DNA of 63,203 nucleotides, filler included, from Phoronis australis (lineage: Eukaryota; Animalia; Phoronida): assembly GCA_002633005.1 (NCBI GenBank). It is 12 parts of 12 records of this genome, joined end to end, with 100 filler letters (N's around TTAATTAATTAA, not from the genome) between each part and the next. Parts side by side here need not be neighbours in the genome. Positions count along the whole stretch, not along the records: positions 6,975 to 13,458 come from NMRA01001564.1; positions 13,559 to 16,105 come from NMRA01003621.1; positions 16,206 to 32,377 come from NMRA01000271.1; 9 more parts are not named here. One strand, 5' to 3'. The notes under the pieces are model-generated. The model searched no databases, was not told the DNA's origin, and saw nothing but the letters and a program-made list of their open reading frames with translations. Shown here piece by piece: positions 13,171 through 25,610 of the stretch. Every line of letters starts with the position of its first letter. The first letter of the stretch is position 1. Both the position numbers and the translations under genes were made by a program.

Positions 13171-13458
13171 CATAGACTATAGTACATGGACCGCCAACTC
13201 CGTATACTTTCAATGGACGAAATCTGTGTGCTTGCGCACAAGCCTTTACGTCATTATTCACTGGCGACACCTGGCTAAATTATCTGGTGTAATTTCCGGC
13301 AAGTACGTCGTCTGCTAATCATGGTCGGCTGCTGTGTGGCCGGTTGTTCGGCTACGCAGGCGAAATGCAGAGGCGTTAGCTTCCATAGTGTACGGAGACC
13401 CCAAAATCCGCTGTGGGAGAAAAAGTTATGTTCTCGCGTCGACGTGAATGGAAGTTGT
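13171..13458 (+). mobile_element. 5' end of a P-element-like transposon with THAP domain start (CDS from 13321, cut by gap)
   Basis: Begins CATAGAC; ORF MVGCCVAGCS...GVSFHSV...W matches the THAP N-terminus. Confidence 0.65.
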
Positions 13459-13559
13459 NNNNNNNNNNNNNNNNNNNNNNNNNNNNNNNNNNNNNNNNNN
13501 NNTTAATTAATTAANNNNNNNNNNNNNNNNNNNNNNNNNNNNNNNNNNNNNNNNNNNNA

Positions 13560-13860
13560 AATCGTCTTATTTTAGAATCCCCCTCTGCTAGTGCGCCTGT
13601 CCATGTAATTTCAACTGGTTCTTCAACGCACGCGTCGAGTACTATTTCATCGATTAAAGGTAACGAACAGTTTCGGTCAGTTTTGTTTGTAACTTCATTC
13701 ATTAGCATGAAATAGAGAATTTTTTCTTAAGAGTCCCCTTCTGCTGGTGCGCCTGTCCATGTAATTACAACCGTTTCCTCAATGCACGTTTCGAGTGCTG
13801 TTTCAACGAATGAAAAATAACGAACGTTTTCGGCCAGTTTAGCTTGTAACTTCGTGACGA
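13560..13860. repeat. ~156-bp diverged tandem repeat, 2 visible copies next to a gap
   Basis: ctgct.gtgcgcctgtccatgtaatt at 13585 and 13741. Confidence 0.8.
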
Positions 13861-14075
13861 AAAAGGGGAAATTTACTCAGGCATTCAAGTCATTTGTACC
13901 AATCAACAATTGCTGTTTCTAATGCAAAATAATAAACATCGTAACGGTGTAGGTAGGACTTTGTGCACAACTATCACACTAAACAGAAGACATTGTTTCG
14001 TAATACAAGAACCGGCGATACATGTCTTAGCTATTTGTGTTGGCCTACAAGATATGTTGTGTGTTTTCTCTTTAG

Positions 14076-14129
14076 CGACGTCCTCCAGACTCATTTCTGT
14101 TCTTCCCAGAAGGACTTCTCCATCCCCAG
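14076..14129 (+). CDS. Candidate 54-bp symmetric micro-exon of an unknown repeat-exon gene
   Basis: ttttctctttag acceptor, CAG|gtatag donor; homologous to 15630-15680. Confidence 0.4.
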
Positions 14130-15629
14130 GTATAGTAAATGAACATTTTGTTGACTTTGGTAGCTGCTAGTGTTAATATGTGAAAAAAGGCTGCACTACA
14201 TTGATTTTACCGGGTTCCGCTGGGTCAAGCGGCTGAGACATCCGATTGGATCTCGAAAACGTTTTTCGGTTTACAGAGCCATCAAACGTCTTACTGGTTG
14301 ACCCAGAGAAATCAATCAAGTGCAGACATATGCAGCGCCATCTGAATGAGCGTATTGGTTTGTGTTTACTGTCTTTGTATTACGACGAGTGAACGTTTCT
14401 TGAGAACGTTCCTTGGTTCCTCGAGTTTATTGATTGCTGCAACAGGAAGAGTCAACGACACCTACTTGACTCATTTACTATTGGTCGTGGCTTGACTTAG
14501 TTAATGCAGCTTGGCATTTTAGTTCAAGAAGTAGTATGAGGTTTCCTCTCACATCAAACGATGAGCATGTTCTGGCGGTTCGCTCTCAACCGCGAATGTT
14601 TGTTGCCAACGTGCCATGGCCTGATTTACTTATCTTGCAGGCTGCTTTCCAGTGCTGGTGGGTCTCGTCTGCAGAATGTACCCGGACATTCAAAGCTTTA
14701 CGGCTAAAAGGTGGCGCTTCGTATTTAACGCGTGGTGGCAGTAGCTGTTTCCGGCTGGAACTTAATTTGATTTCCAGTCTGCACGTACACCAATTACTGT
14801 TACAAACTACTATGCTATAACAACGAACTGTTACTCTGCAATGAATAAAACTACTGGGATTTAAGTAACACTAAAACAAATACTTTTAAGCAATGATAGA
14901 CCTTAAAAGGACTGTTGGGTTGAGTCAAGACGATAGAATCTACATGTATGAATTATAACTCAAGAAATCGCAACACATCAAATCTGTAAGACTGTCAACT
15001 GTCTGCCTGATTCTCACTGTTGTCATAACCTCGCTTACGTAAGCTGCATGCACCACAATACTTTTTGAATAGATAGTTCAGTCAAACCGCGTCTCTTGTC
15101 AGTGTTTTTTAATATTCGTATTATCTGTAGCTCGTTAAGTTGACAATGGAATGCTTGACCAATGAGATATGACGATGAGAGCAGCGCTATCTAGTCGTAG
15201 CATGCAGCGCCACCTGTTAGCGGTAGGGAAGATTTGTAGTTGATAAAATAATGTTCGTTGCGAAAGGGTGCTAGAGGAGCGAATGCGGCACACTCAGCCC
15301 ACGCCAAGCCTGGCCAATTCTGAAGCACCTATTGAAGACTTGGACAACTGCCGGCTTAGGGATAAAAATTGACGATCATGGGGAGGAGTCCAGCAAAGTT
15401 GCAAGCTATCGTTTTGCACCTGCCCGCTGCGATGTCTGGCTTAGCCCGGGACATTGCAATCTACCGAATATGTCACTTATTCGAATGCGTACAGCCGTTA
15501 CTATGTACAAGTATTGGAATAAGAGGGTGTCATTCTTAATTGATGATTTTAGTCTATAACATTATGAAGCAGCGATACATGTTTAATGTATTGATGAAGG
15601 TCTATAACTGTTGCGTGTTTTCTATTCAG

Positions 15630-15680
15630 CAATGTCCTCCACACGAACCCTACATCCGCCAAGGACTCCTTCATCCCCGG
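15630..15680 (+). CDS. Candidate 51-bp symmetric micro-exon, paralogue of 14076-14129
   Basis: ttttctattcag acceptor, CGG|gtaagc donor; shared tcctcca.ac...aaggact.c..catcccc.g core. Confidence 0.4.
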
Positions 15681-16761
15681 GTAAGCTATAGAATTTTATT
15701 TCATTTGGTGCCTGTTGACTTTGTTCAAGGCTTCGTCCACCCGATCTTGAATTTGAAATTAAGTAGAGTAAATACACCAATTGACGTACGTTGAAATATA
15801 AGTTGACGAGAAAGTAAGAGCTGTTAAAACTTAATTTTGATCGGAAGATATCGACTATGTTATCGAAATTTGAATTATGGCAGTTCCGAGAAATAATCAG
15901 CATTGTCACAAACTTTATCATTGCTGCGAGCCACCTGTGCTGAGTTTTAGAACGCTTTTAAATGGCTATTAGTTTAATAATACTCCAGTAATATTGCAAG
16001 GCCAGCCATCTTATAACGTCCTACCTTGGGTCAGTATTTCTGAGGTTATTCAACTCGCGATACAAAGAACAAATAATACCATTAGGGTCTTAATTACATC
16101 CTAATNNNNNNNNNNNNNNNNNNNNNNNNNNNNNNNNNNNNNNNNNNNNTTAATTAATTAANNNNNNNNNNNNNNNNNNNNNNNNNNNNNNNNNNNNNNN
16201 NNNNNTCGCGCGAAACTTACCCCCAAGCTGAAAACGTAGGTCTGCCACCGACTTCGTCACAACCTACTAATGGGGAAATCTGCACTGGTTTTTCGCGGCA
16301 AAAAAATAAGGCCCCGTGGTTTAATTCCGCCTCGTCCGGGTTGCACTAAAATCCTTTTCTTTCAAGCGACTGAATAGAAGTAACAGCCCCATTATAGTTG
16401 TTGTATGCTCAGGTCGAGTCGATTGGAGTTGACACTGACAGACACATTTTGTTGATTTTTTTCTTATGTAAAAATTATTTCGAGTTGCACAAATAAGATC
16501 GGTTGGATAAGGCTTTAAAGCGGCTAAATTACCGTGCTCCCCTGTAATTCCGCTTTTGCAACACCGTCCTATGAACTCCGTACACAAGTCATTCTACGAA
16601 ATGTCCGCCGGTAGGCTAACTATTATTAAAACAAACCGTGTCAGTTTTCACCTGATTTTAAAACAAAGTACGCGCATTGAAAGAAACAACTCAACTGAAG
16701 AAGACACCGGGCGTGGTTTGCTGATTTTTTGTTCATCACAGAGCTGTTGCGGGGTTCTTAC

Positions 16762-16869
16762 CTTTTTTCGTTCGCCTTCTTCTGGTTTGATTACGTTTGG
16801 CTGGTAACGTCATCGTTGGGATTCTGCGCAGTTTTGACGTATTGTCCTCAGAGTCCCCGACTATTTATA
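16762..16869 (-). promoter_or_regulatory. Candidate TATA promoter and first exon
   Basis: Minus strand TATAAATAG, followed ~100 nt later by a strong AAG|GTAAGA donor. Confidence 0.3.
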
Positions 16870-17493
16870 CTCATGTAGTGGCTAGTCATATCTTATCTCG
16901 CTAGCCAGTGGCCCTTGTTGACATAGACATGATCTGTCGCTGGAAAATACCCAGACCACCGCGTGAGGGGCGTAACTTCTGGGGGGCCGGGGGGTAGTAC
17001 TGTTGGACATATCACACCTAAGCTATCGATCTGCACTGACTGGCGACATGTTGAGCCTGCAGAGTACGGCTGTACCTGAAGGTCACGTGGTGGTCAAACA
17101 CTCAGCCAGGACCGTTTTTTGAGGCTCACTGGTTGTGCAGATGTTTCTGCACATAAAACTAAAAGAAAAACGCCTTCGCGTCAGAAAATCATGCAAAGTA
17201 TTTTTGATGAAAAATTCCCGATCAACTGTTGAAGTGTTGTCTGTTAAAATGATGTTAATTTTGTTCAACTTATAGCGGTGTATTTCATTCGGTTGTAGTC
17301 GATTTCATTAAGAGACCGCTTTGTTGACATTGGATATTGCAAGTATGGTAGAAGCCTCTAGATGGCCCCAGTAAAGACGGTTCCTAAAGAGGGCGGGCGT
17401 GGTGAAAATAGAAGAGTGCGCAGTGTAAAATTTGCCAGTTGCCGATTTGGGCATCGGAACGCAGGACTGCTCGAAAAAAAGTTTGATTACGTG

Positions 17494-19050
17494 CAGTGGC
17501 GGATCTACGGGGGGGGGAGGTTTAACCCCCCCCCCTTGGGACAGGATCAAAAAATAAAAATAAAAAACTTCGTCAGCAAAACGAAAAGGGCGCCACACGT
17601 TTACAAGGTGACCGCACTCGCGAAGAGCGTACAGAGTACCAGAAATTGCGGTTATAGGCTGTAAGCCTACCTTCTTAGCAGTCTTGCTGGACTCGATCGG
17701 TATTCAATAAGCCACCTAACCGGCTATTCATTTCAGCCCAGCAAATGAGGAGTCCTGATTCCAACCTCATCACTGACCGTCGTGCTACCCGCAAAAACCA
17801 TCAGTGCCGTCTTCTATATCAGGAATTACCGCCATGCCCATGGGCGTTATTTGGTATTACATCTTCGGGTTTCAAGTGTTCGGATATTTGGACGTTTATT
17901 AGGAAAATAGCAAGAGATGCAAATTGGTTCTGGGATACATCGTCAACAAAAGCACTTGGTTTGAGGCAGTGCATGAAGAACAGGTTAAATATTCTTGCGT
18001 TCGTAACCATTCTGAAGGGACTTGACAACTCCAAGGGGCTCAGAGGTCAGTGCCACTAGCTGCAGGAACAAGATGCTGACATTGTAGACGTTTACAAGCT
18101 CATTGACGCAGCAGCTGACAAAGTGCGAGCATTGGGAACAAACATCGATGATGTTTGGTTTGAATGATTCCATGAAGTGCAAACCATAGCTGAGAACATT
18201 GGATTCGATATCCAGATTTTTTCGACTGTCCAGACACCAGAAGCATAGGGCTAAAGTTCCTGCCTAAACATCCTAGTTAAAGGCGATAAATTATAATTCT
18301 ACACATTTTATACATAATGTCGGTTTTCTTTGATGCTCGTGTACAATGAAAGCGAAAAAAGAAATTATTTTCGGACATGCCAAATTTACCCAATAAAGCA
18401 CAGGGTCTACGAGCGCACAAAATTGATTCTAAATTCTAGTTTGTATTTCCAATTGCCTCTTTATCTGCTAGCAACCAAAATCTATGTCACGTAGTGCGTA
18501 GTTAAATTTTTTATCAATACTTGTTTCTTCCAATAAGTACTACAGAAGAACAGTGGGAAAAACCTCTCACAGCAGTTGACCACCAGGATTTCGAAAAACA
18601 AGAGGCAGGTGGAAGTTGTCATGTCCCTTTTGCCATTAGTAGATGAGGGATGCAGACTTAGGTTCACTGGAGGATCGGATGCATTTCTGAGACGTAGACT
18701 TGCCCTCACCAGATTCCCTGAATGTGACTGACTCCCTTCTGACTATTGGCATTTTGAGTAGTGTGTCTTCTGTTAAATTACCGATATAGTAGAAACATAA
18801 AAAGTACCCTTATCTTTTGCTCTTATTTCAGCTAGAGAATTCAGACGCTGGCGGTCCTTTTGGAATGTTCTAAGTCGAGAGGAATTGCCAAGTGACTTGC
18901 TTGCTACTCAAACACGCAGACGGCGACATCTTTAAGAACGCCAGGGAGCTGATATTGATACATGTAGGATGTGTATCCTCTATTGTATCTTGTGAGGCAG
19001 AGACATCATTTTCTGTGCTCAGGCATATGAAGATAAGTTTGAGGGCTACC
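17494..19050 (+). mobile_element. Decayed hAT transposon (ZMYM1/PRKRIR-like transposase)
   Basis: Starts CAGTGGCGGATC; fragments KALGL..M...KGL...LQEQDADIVDVYKLID...IDDVW...QKHRAKVP and the hATC motif VSCEAETSFSVLRHMKISLRAT. Confidence 0.8.
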
Positions 19051-19172
19051 GGCTTTGCCAAACAACTCCCCCCCGCCCATCCGGCCACCATCTCCGCCAC
19101 CCCTCGCCCCCGCTCCCGATGCCACCATATTTCTACCGAATCTCCCACGTCCGCCCTATTAAGTGAGGGGCA

Positions 19173-19323
19173 CAGTAGCGGATTTAGAGGTGGCCAAGGG
19201 GCCATGGCCCCCTAAACTTCTCCCAGATTCCACTTGGCAGTTCGGGGGTGCAAATTTCTGATGGGTAAAACCTGGATAATACTCTACCCTGTCCCCCGAC
19301 TCAAAATCCTGGATCCGCCCCTG
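19173..19323. mobile_element. Short hAT-like MITE (related inverted fragment at ~34305-34386)
   Basis: Imperfect TIRs cagtagcggatt / ggatccgcccctg; internal ccagattc.a.ttggcagttcgggg.tgc found reverse-complemented near 34320. Confidence 0.6.
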
Positions 19324-19324
19324 G

Positions 19325-21480
19325 GATAAAGCCATCAAGAGTTGAGTAACCGTGAACCAACACGGAGAGTAAATATGGGCCTAGGACCAGTACACGGACC
19401 GGTAGCTAGGAGCTGCCTCAAGTAGCTATAGCTGAGATCTAATAGTGTGAAAATATGAAATTCCCGATGAACAAAAGCTAGTTGCTGGTCAGCTCAGCTG
19501 TGATTCACCGGCCGTCTGAGCTCGCTCTAAGGTCAAGATTCGTTTTATTGTGATCCAGTCTCGGGAAGGTCATTCTTTGAAGGAATTTTTTGAAAAGGTG
19601 AGGTCCCGAAGTCCCTGGTATAATGCCTTTGGGGCTGTTTCAAAATGCCTAGTTGAAACACGACCGGCAGTCCAGTTTCTGGTGACTGGGGAAGGGGATA
19701 GAGTGTCCCAAAAACGCATACACTTCCTGAACGCCTGGAGTTCAAATTCAGTTTCCTTGGATTACTGAGATTCTGGGTGGGCCCACTGTATGGTTACATT
19801 TTATTTTTAACTTGGGTACGTCAGTCATGACGTGCACGCGAATAAGGACGAGCAATCAATTCAGTTTTGAAGAACAAAAAACCATTGCTCAATACTATTG
19901 GAAACTAAAAACACCAAGGAAGTGCAAAGACAACCTTTCCAAGCGATGAGTTTAATTTTGCATATTTAAGGATTTTTAAAACGTTTTTTCTATCTACGGT
20001 TTGTGAGTCCGAATTTCATCAAGTTATTTTAGGTATGCAAAAATCGTCTATAAGTGTACGTTACTATTTGGGGATTGGATTATAGAGTTTTACAACTGGC
20101 TGCAATTAAATTAACTGAAACATCATCAATTCTTACAAGATTAGCTTCTAATTGTCAAAAATCATCTATGAATATATCGATTTTTGTAGATACATAAACA
20201 AGTAAATCAGAAACCAACGAATTTGTTTATCCAAACGGAATGTTATAAGCAATTTCTGCATGCATGCTTGCAGACTTTTGACGGGTAACCGGGGGAATAT
20301 GGGAGATGGTGCATTCGTATTACTTTGGGGTGTATTTTTGCTCACCATGAGTGTACCACGTATCCATGCTTGTTCTTTTAAGAACGCAGGAACACCTGAC
20401 GATGGCCGGAGAAGAGACCGACCGAAACGTCGTGACAGTGTATATAGACTAGAGGTCGGTGTAAATAGACCAAGAGATTTTAATAATAGTTGTAATACGC
20501 CACCACCTCAGAGCGGTTTTAGGAAGTCAAATAGTAGCCTAGACAGCAGTGTTTTCTACATGTGGGAATTCCTTACAACAACTCATAGTAACCATCTTCA
20601 AAAGAGATACCATTCTTGTGATATTACGGGAAACAGTAGCATTATCTTATAACTAATCATCGGAAATAGTCTTTTTGTGTTATTCACAAATAGCGGTCTT
20701 CACGTTCTTCAAAATTCCACTCTTTTGATATAGGCAATCAGTACAATATTTTTTCCACATTTTTGGTTGTTTGGGTCGAATGTCTGTACTGTGCAAGGAT
20801 GTTTTGTGTTATTTATGAATTTAGAATCTCATCTTCCATTGTGAATACTTGGCAGTGTCGGATTTGCATGTACAGGGTGACAAAGGAACATTTCCCCCGA
20901 ACTGCTCCACCGTCTGAAATGTGACACCTTAAGAGGAAAGACTAAACATCATTAAGCTGGGAAAAAAGAGTAACAGTGCATTCCACCGTCGTGTGGTCCC
21001 AAAACGATGCAGGGAGTGACTTCCTTCAACATGAAAGCCGGTTGCACGATTTCACAAAAAACAGGAAATATTGGGCCCTCTCTACGTGAGCGGTGACTAC
21101 TTGAATGTCATCAATGGCCTCCTTCAAGGGCGGGGCCCCTAAATGTGAAAACATCTATATTTTCAAATAGGAAATGCGCAGCAATTGATGTTATTTGTCA
21201 GGTCATCAATTTCCCTCAAGTAATATACAGTTTCCAGAAAAAAATAAAGCGCCTTTTTCCGTTATCCCTTGCCAGAGCAGGGCATATGGAAAATATAGTT
21301 TTGCATTCGCAAAATTGACTTATTGAATTTAACAATCAAGTAAATTAGTACGCTCCGCAAAAGCTTCGCTATACAAATTTTCTCGATTTTTCGAAATTAT
21401 TATGTATGATTGATTTCGTGCACGCTTTCAAGTGCGATTAGACGACCTGTGCTGCAAAAGCGGAGACCCTAACGACAATG
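19325..21480 (+). repeat. Diverged long duplication, copy B (paralogue of 1590-4719)
   Basis: Collinear blocks as listed for copy A, with copy-specific insertions. Confidence 0.85.
20393..20434 (+). ncRNA. Minimal type I hammerhead ribozyme of the Penelope-element kind
   Basis: cac-CTGACGA-t-ggccgg(agaagaga)ccgacc-GAAAC-GTC-gtg: conserved core, stem II with one mismatch, palindromic ACGT stem III, 3-bp stem I. Confidence 0.65.
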
Positions 21481-24177
21481 TCCTGGCCAGGTTTCTCAAA
21501 AGGTAAACCATGCACTGATACAGAGTTGTAAAACGTTCTCTTGAATTTTGTCGCTTATTCGTATTTCACAGTCTTTTTTTCTCGACTGTCCCAGGCCCAA
21601 CGCCTATGTCGGTTGCCACGATTTAACCCTGACGCCTGAAAAATTTTTGGGGGTCCTGGCGTGCCCCCCCCGCTTCCTACGGCCCCGGTACACAAATCAA
21701 ATGATTCCGTTGTGAATACGACGGATTTGCGTACCATCCTGCGTCACCTGCAGTCGATCTCAAGATATGTGTTTGAAGAAATGACGGTCTGTGAGTCTTG
21801 AACATCAGTCTGGAGGGACATCGTAAGAAACTACAGTACGATAAAAGTTAAAACTAAGAAAATGTTTAGATGTTATTGAGTTTGTCTCAAAAGTTCAGCT
21901 GTTTCATTAATGGATATTGTATGCAAGAATGTTTTCCATCGCCAGTCGAAGATAATTAAGACCATTGTAAACCACCATCGGCGTCATCGATTACTTGCAC
22001 CACTTTCTTGCCAGTTAGACGTCCGGTATCTTTACCTCTTGACCTATTTCATCATCTCATGCGGCCTACCATGGTTCTATCACGTTTCACCTATAAAACA
22101 TGTGAGGAGACTGGGAGTTCATCTAATAAGGTTTCGTCAAACTGGTCGTAGAGTTTACATAACTTTTCTCCATTCCCACTCCGACCGACTTCTTGCGACA
22201 TTCACCATATATAGCTTCCATTGAGTACCATCTCTCAGATCATTGAATATGCTCGCATTTCGATTAGTACTTCACCAAATGCTTAAGTGGGGTTTACGAC
22301 ACGTATCCGATCCGATTGTCACAACCCAAAGCCTCGTGCGCATTTTCAAATTTGCCAAACGCTTGCATAGAGGGGTTTGCAAATTTGTGCATGGCGCAAA
22401 CGAAATTTGCAGTCCGCAGACCCCTAGAGGTAAAAAAGCGAATCTGTAGTGAAATTTATGCTCATAAGCGAATTATGGACTAAACATACACCCGGATGCA
22501 AATTAGCACTCGGATGCTACTTAAGTATGTAATCAGATGCTTGTGAACGTGGGTTCATTCATTTTCACGCTGATTTGCTGAATCGAGAAGTCTGCGTGAG
22601 CGTTATCACGTGTGAATCAAATGTAACTTTCCAAGTTTAGTTCTTGGCGTTATCGTTAAATGACAGGTACACGTATGTTGAAGTTGAGGTCAAGGTACTT
22701 CTGTTGCCATTGTTAGCAAACTAAGGGTACTTTTTGAGACGTGACAAATAGTTCGTGGGCTCAGCCAAAAGTACACAGTTCATTCATCCCGACGGATCAT
22801 TTCTGGGGGGTTGGCTCCGTAATCGCATGTTATGATCGGAAAACTGACAAATTGGCATGCGCACCAGGTTACTTTCACTTGGTAATTTATTTTTTAGTGT
22901 ATGAATAAAGTAACTCTATTTTACTTCTTAAAAACCTCCCCGTTGGCTGATGGAAAAAAAAAATAACCGGTTTAGCCCAGGTTGCTGATCTTAAATCTGA
23001 CTATGAAAAGAAAGATAGTAAAAATATGTATAGCATGAGTTAGAGCATTTCTCGTAGTGTTTCCAGCGGCCAATAAGTTCATGCTGAAAGCGCATCATTT
23101 GAAAATAGGTATTGATAATGCTGGTTTTTGTTAAAATTAATTTTATACTGATTTTAACGGAAAGGAAGCCGAATGTCTGAGTATCTTTAACTTGTTTGCT
23201 AGAAATGTGATCACAGTTGCGTTGTTCTTGTTTTGAATTTTTAAACACAATTATAATTCGAATGGCAAAAAGTTTTGGACGAAAAGAAACAACAGGAAGG
23301 AGAAAATTTAAACTACTGCATATTTGGCATGTCCGATGTTTTCCCCAATAACTGCTTTCATTTCAGGACACACCGATAGATGGCAGTTTAGTAGCTTGGT
23401 TTCTACACTGAGAGGCTGCGCGAGGTCACTTGTATGACCAACGCTGTTTCATGAAACTGCATAAGCAAACCACAGACAGAGTTTCGGCAGTGAACGTTTT
23501 ACCCAGACACTTATAATTCGTTTAAAGACAATTTTTTAAAGAAAAATATCACGGAAAGCACATTTTGCTAGTTGTATGAGTGAATGAAAGGTGTCAATAA
23601 GACTTCCGAAATTCTACAAAAGTCAAATTTCAAGCATTTTTATTACGTCTTTGAAATATTAGAACACTGCAAGTAACCAAAATGAGCAATTTAGGGGTAC
23701 AGATTAGAAGTCCAATGATTTTGTCAATATTTAACTTTTGGTCTTTTGCATGCCTCAGTGAACATGGAATAAATTTGTTGCTCCACTGATATTACTGTCT
23801 TCATTTTCACGAGGTTCGCCCAAATTATTTCAGAAGTGCTACTGCTGTAAATGACTTTTTACTTTAATGTAGAGAAGGGCCGTAGGAGGTCGCCAGGACG
23901 AGTGGGCCAGAGTTGGACAAGTTGCAGTTTTCTGTTGAATTGGGAGCCTTTCTGTGGCTCTCTGGTGTGCCCAAATCAATGCATATCCAGAATTTTTGTA
24001 CTCATTACCATTTCGTTCCATTTGTCACACAATTCCGAATTCATGATATTTACTGTATACAAAATGTCACCACTCTTCCCCTACTCGTTCAGTCGAAACG
24101 GTTCAAAATTAGTCACTTCTTCAATGTAAACATCAAAACGGTAGAGGTTTTTGAAATAAAAATAGTTTTATATTCCA

Positions 24178-24193
24178 CCACTAGGTAGCGCTG
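24178..24193 (+). promoter_or_regulatory. CTCF-like motif
   Basis: ccactaggtagcgctg is close to the CCASYAGRKGGCRS consensus. Confidence 0.35.
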
Positions 24194-25482
24194 TGATTTA
24201 AAATCATTCATACTGTCATCTTGACGTATTTTGGTGGTTTAATTTGTTCAATGTGACCGATATAGTGCTTAACTGTACAGTATCTGTTCAAATACCTGAG
24301 AAAATGTTTTTGTTTTTGGAAATGCGACGTGCATGTTAGAGTTGATCAGCCTATTCATGATGTTCTGACGCCGCACCAAGGAATGCACACTGAAATCAAC
24401 ATCGAAGTTCTTTGGATGAATCTTTTTGAGAATGTGTTTGCAATATGCCAAAAATGCTCTCATAAAGTGAAAAAGTATAGTTCAAATTAAAAGTTGCTTT
24501 TTGGTGATTGAGATAACGTTGTAGTCATAGGTTTGGTGGATTTTTTTATCAGAATTTAGAAGTAATTTTCAACGACAAAGTAGTGCCAACAAAAGCGAAA
24601 ACCAAAAGTAGTGTGGAGAGAGTTCTTAATCTTAATACTGCATACTAAGAGAACATAAAAAACAAATTTACTTCATAAGGCACTTTCACAATGGCCATCC
24701 CTGAAATATGCATACTTCAAGACGCAATAAACCGAGTCTTTACAAGCTCGGCACACAAGCCACTTCTCAAAGTGCCGTAAAGAACAAGTTAACAGCATCT
24801 TAACAGTAACTGGTCTAAATTTGTTTCTTTGACAGTCCGTGGTTCAATACCAGCTTTAAGAGCTGCAGTAAAACCGTCTTACGTCACAAACTACATGTTA
24901 ACTTTTGGCCATGCAAATATGAAGTTGATCGGTTTCGACTGGACATTTTCTCAAATTACTGAGAGATGATTTCTGCAGTTGACTCAAAAAGTAACCCTTC
25001 GTCAGTGTCTGATGACCTATCATTTCATTAGGCACAGGACGGGGTCTCAAGCGGTAAGGAGTTTTCACTGGCATTTCTTTCAGTACCAAACCCAGGACCT
25101 GCTTCTCACCTTTCCAAGCACCAAGTAGCGATGATTTTTCGTCGCGGAAAATGGTCTAAATAAAAATTTCGTTTCTTGGTCGATACACGGATTAACACCA
25201 TGATTTTCTGCACTAGGCTTTGTCTGTGTGTTGGCATAAATATACTACAACATCTCACTTAGGGCTAACCGGTATGTATTTGTTAAACTGTTGAGCACTT
25301 AACAAATTATATTTTTTCAAAATGCAGATCTTTAGATATCAAATCTTCACTACAGAATAATAGATAAAGTTTGAGTCTATGACGGGAATAAAAACTGCGT
25401 CCGCATCTCATCTTCATTAGTAATAGTTGTGCCGACTTTGCAGCCTCCCATGTATAAAAACTGGAGCCTAGGTATGGTGAGT

Positions 25483-25610
25483 TCACCGGTGAACTGCTGA
25501 TGTACATGTCTTTCCACATCCGTTAAAACAGCACTTCAAAGCTCCTCTGCAGTCGTAGTCAGATTCGCATCTGTTAACGCAAATGCCCACTGTTGGCTTT
25601 GGACAGGACC
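25483..25610 (-). CDS. WAP (four-disulfide core) protein, last coding exon
   Basis: tttcag acceptor; (KP)GSCPKPTVGICVNRCESDYDCRGALKCCFNGCGKTC has all 8 WAP cysteines; TGA at 25483-25485. Confidence 0.92.

Noticed and set aside
24600-25480. SECIS candidates downstream of the WAP gene
   Set aside because: AUGA/GUGA starts exist, but I could not build a proper helix II with apical AA and a 3' GA quartet by eye.
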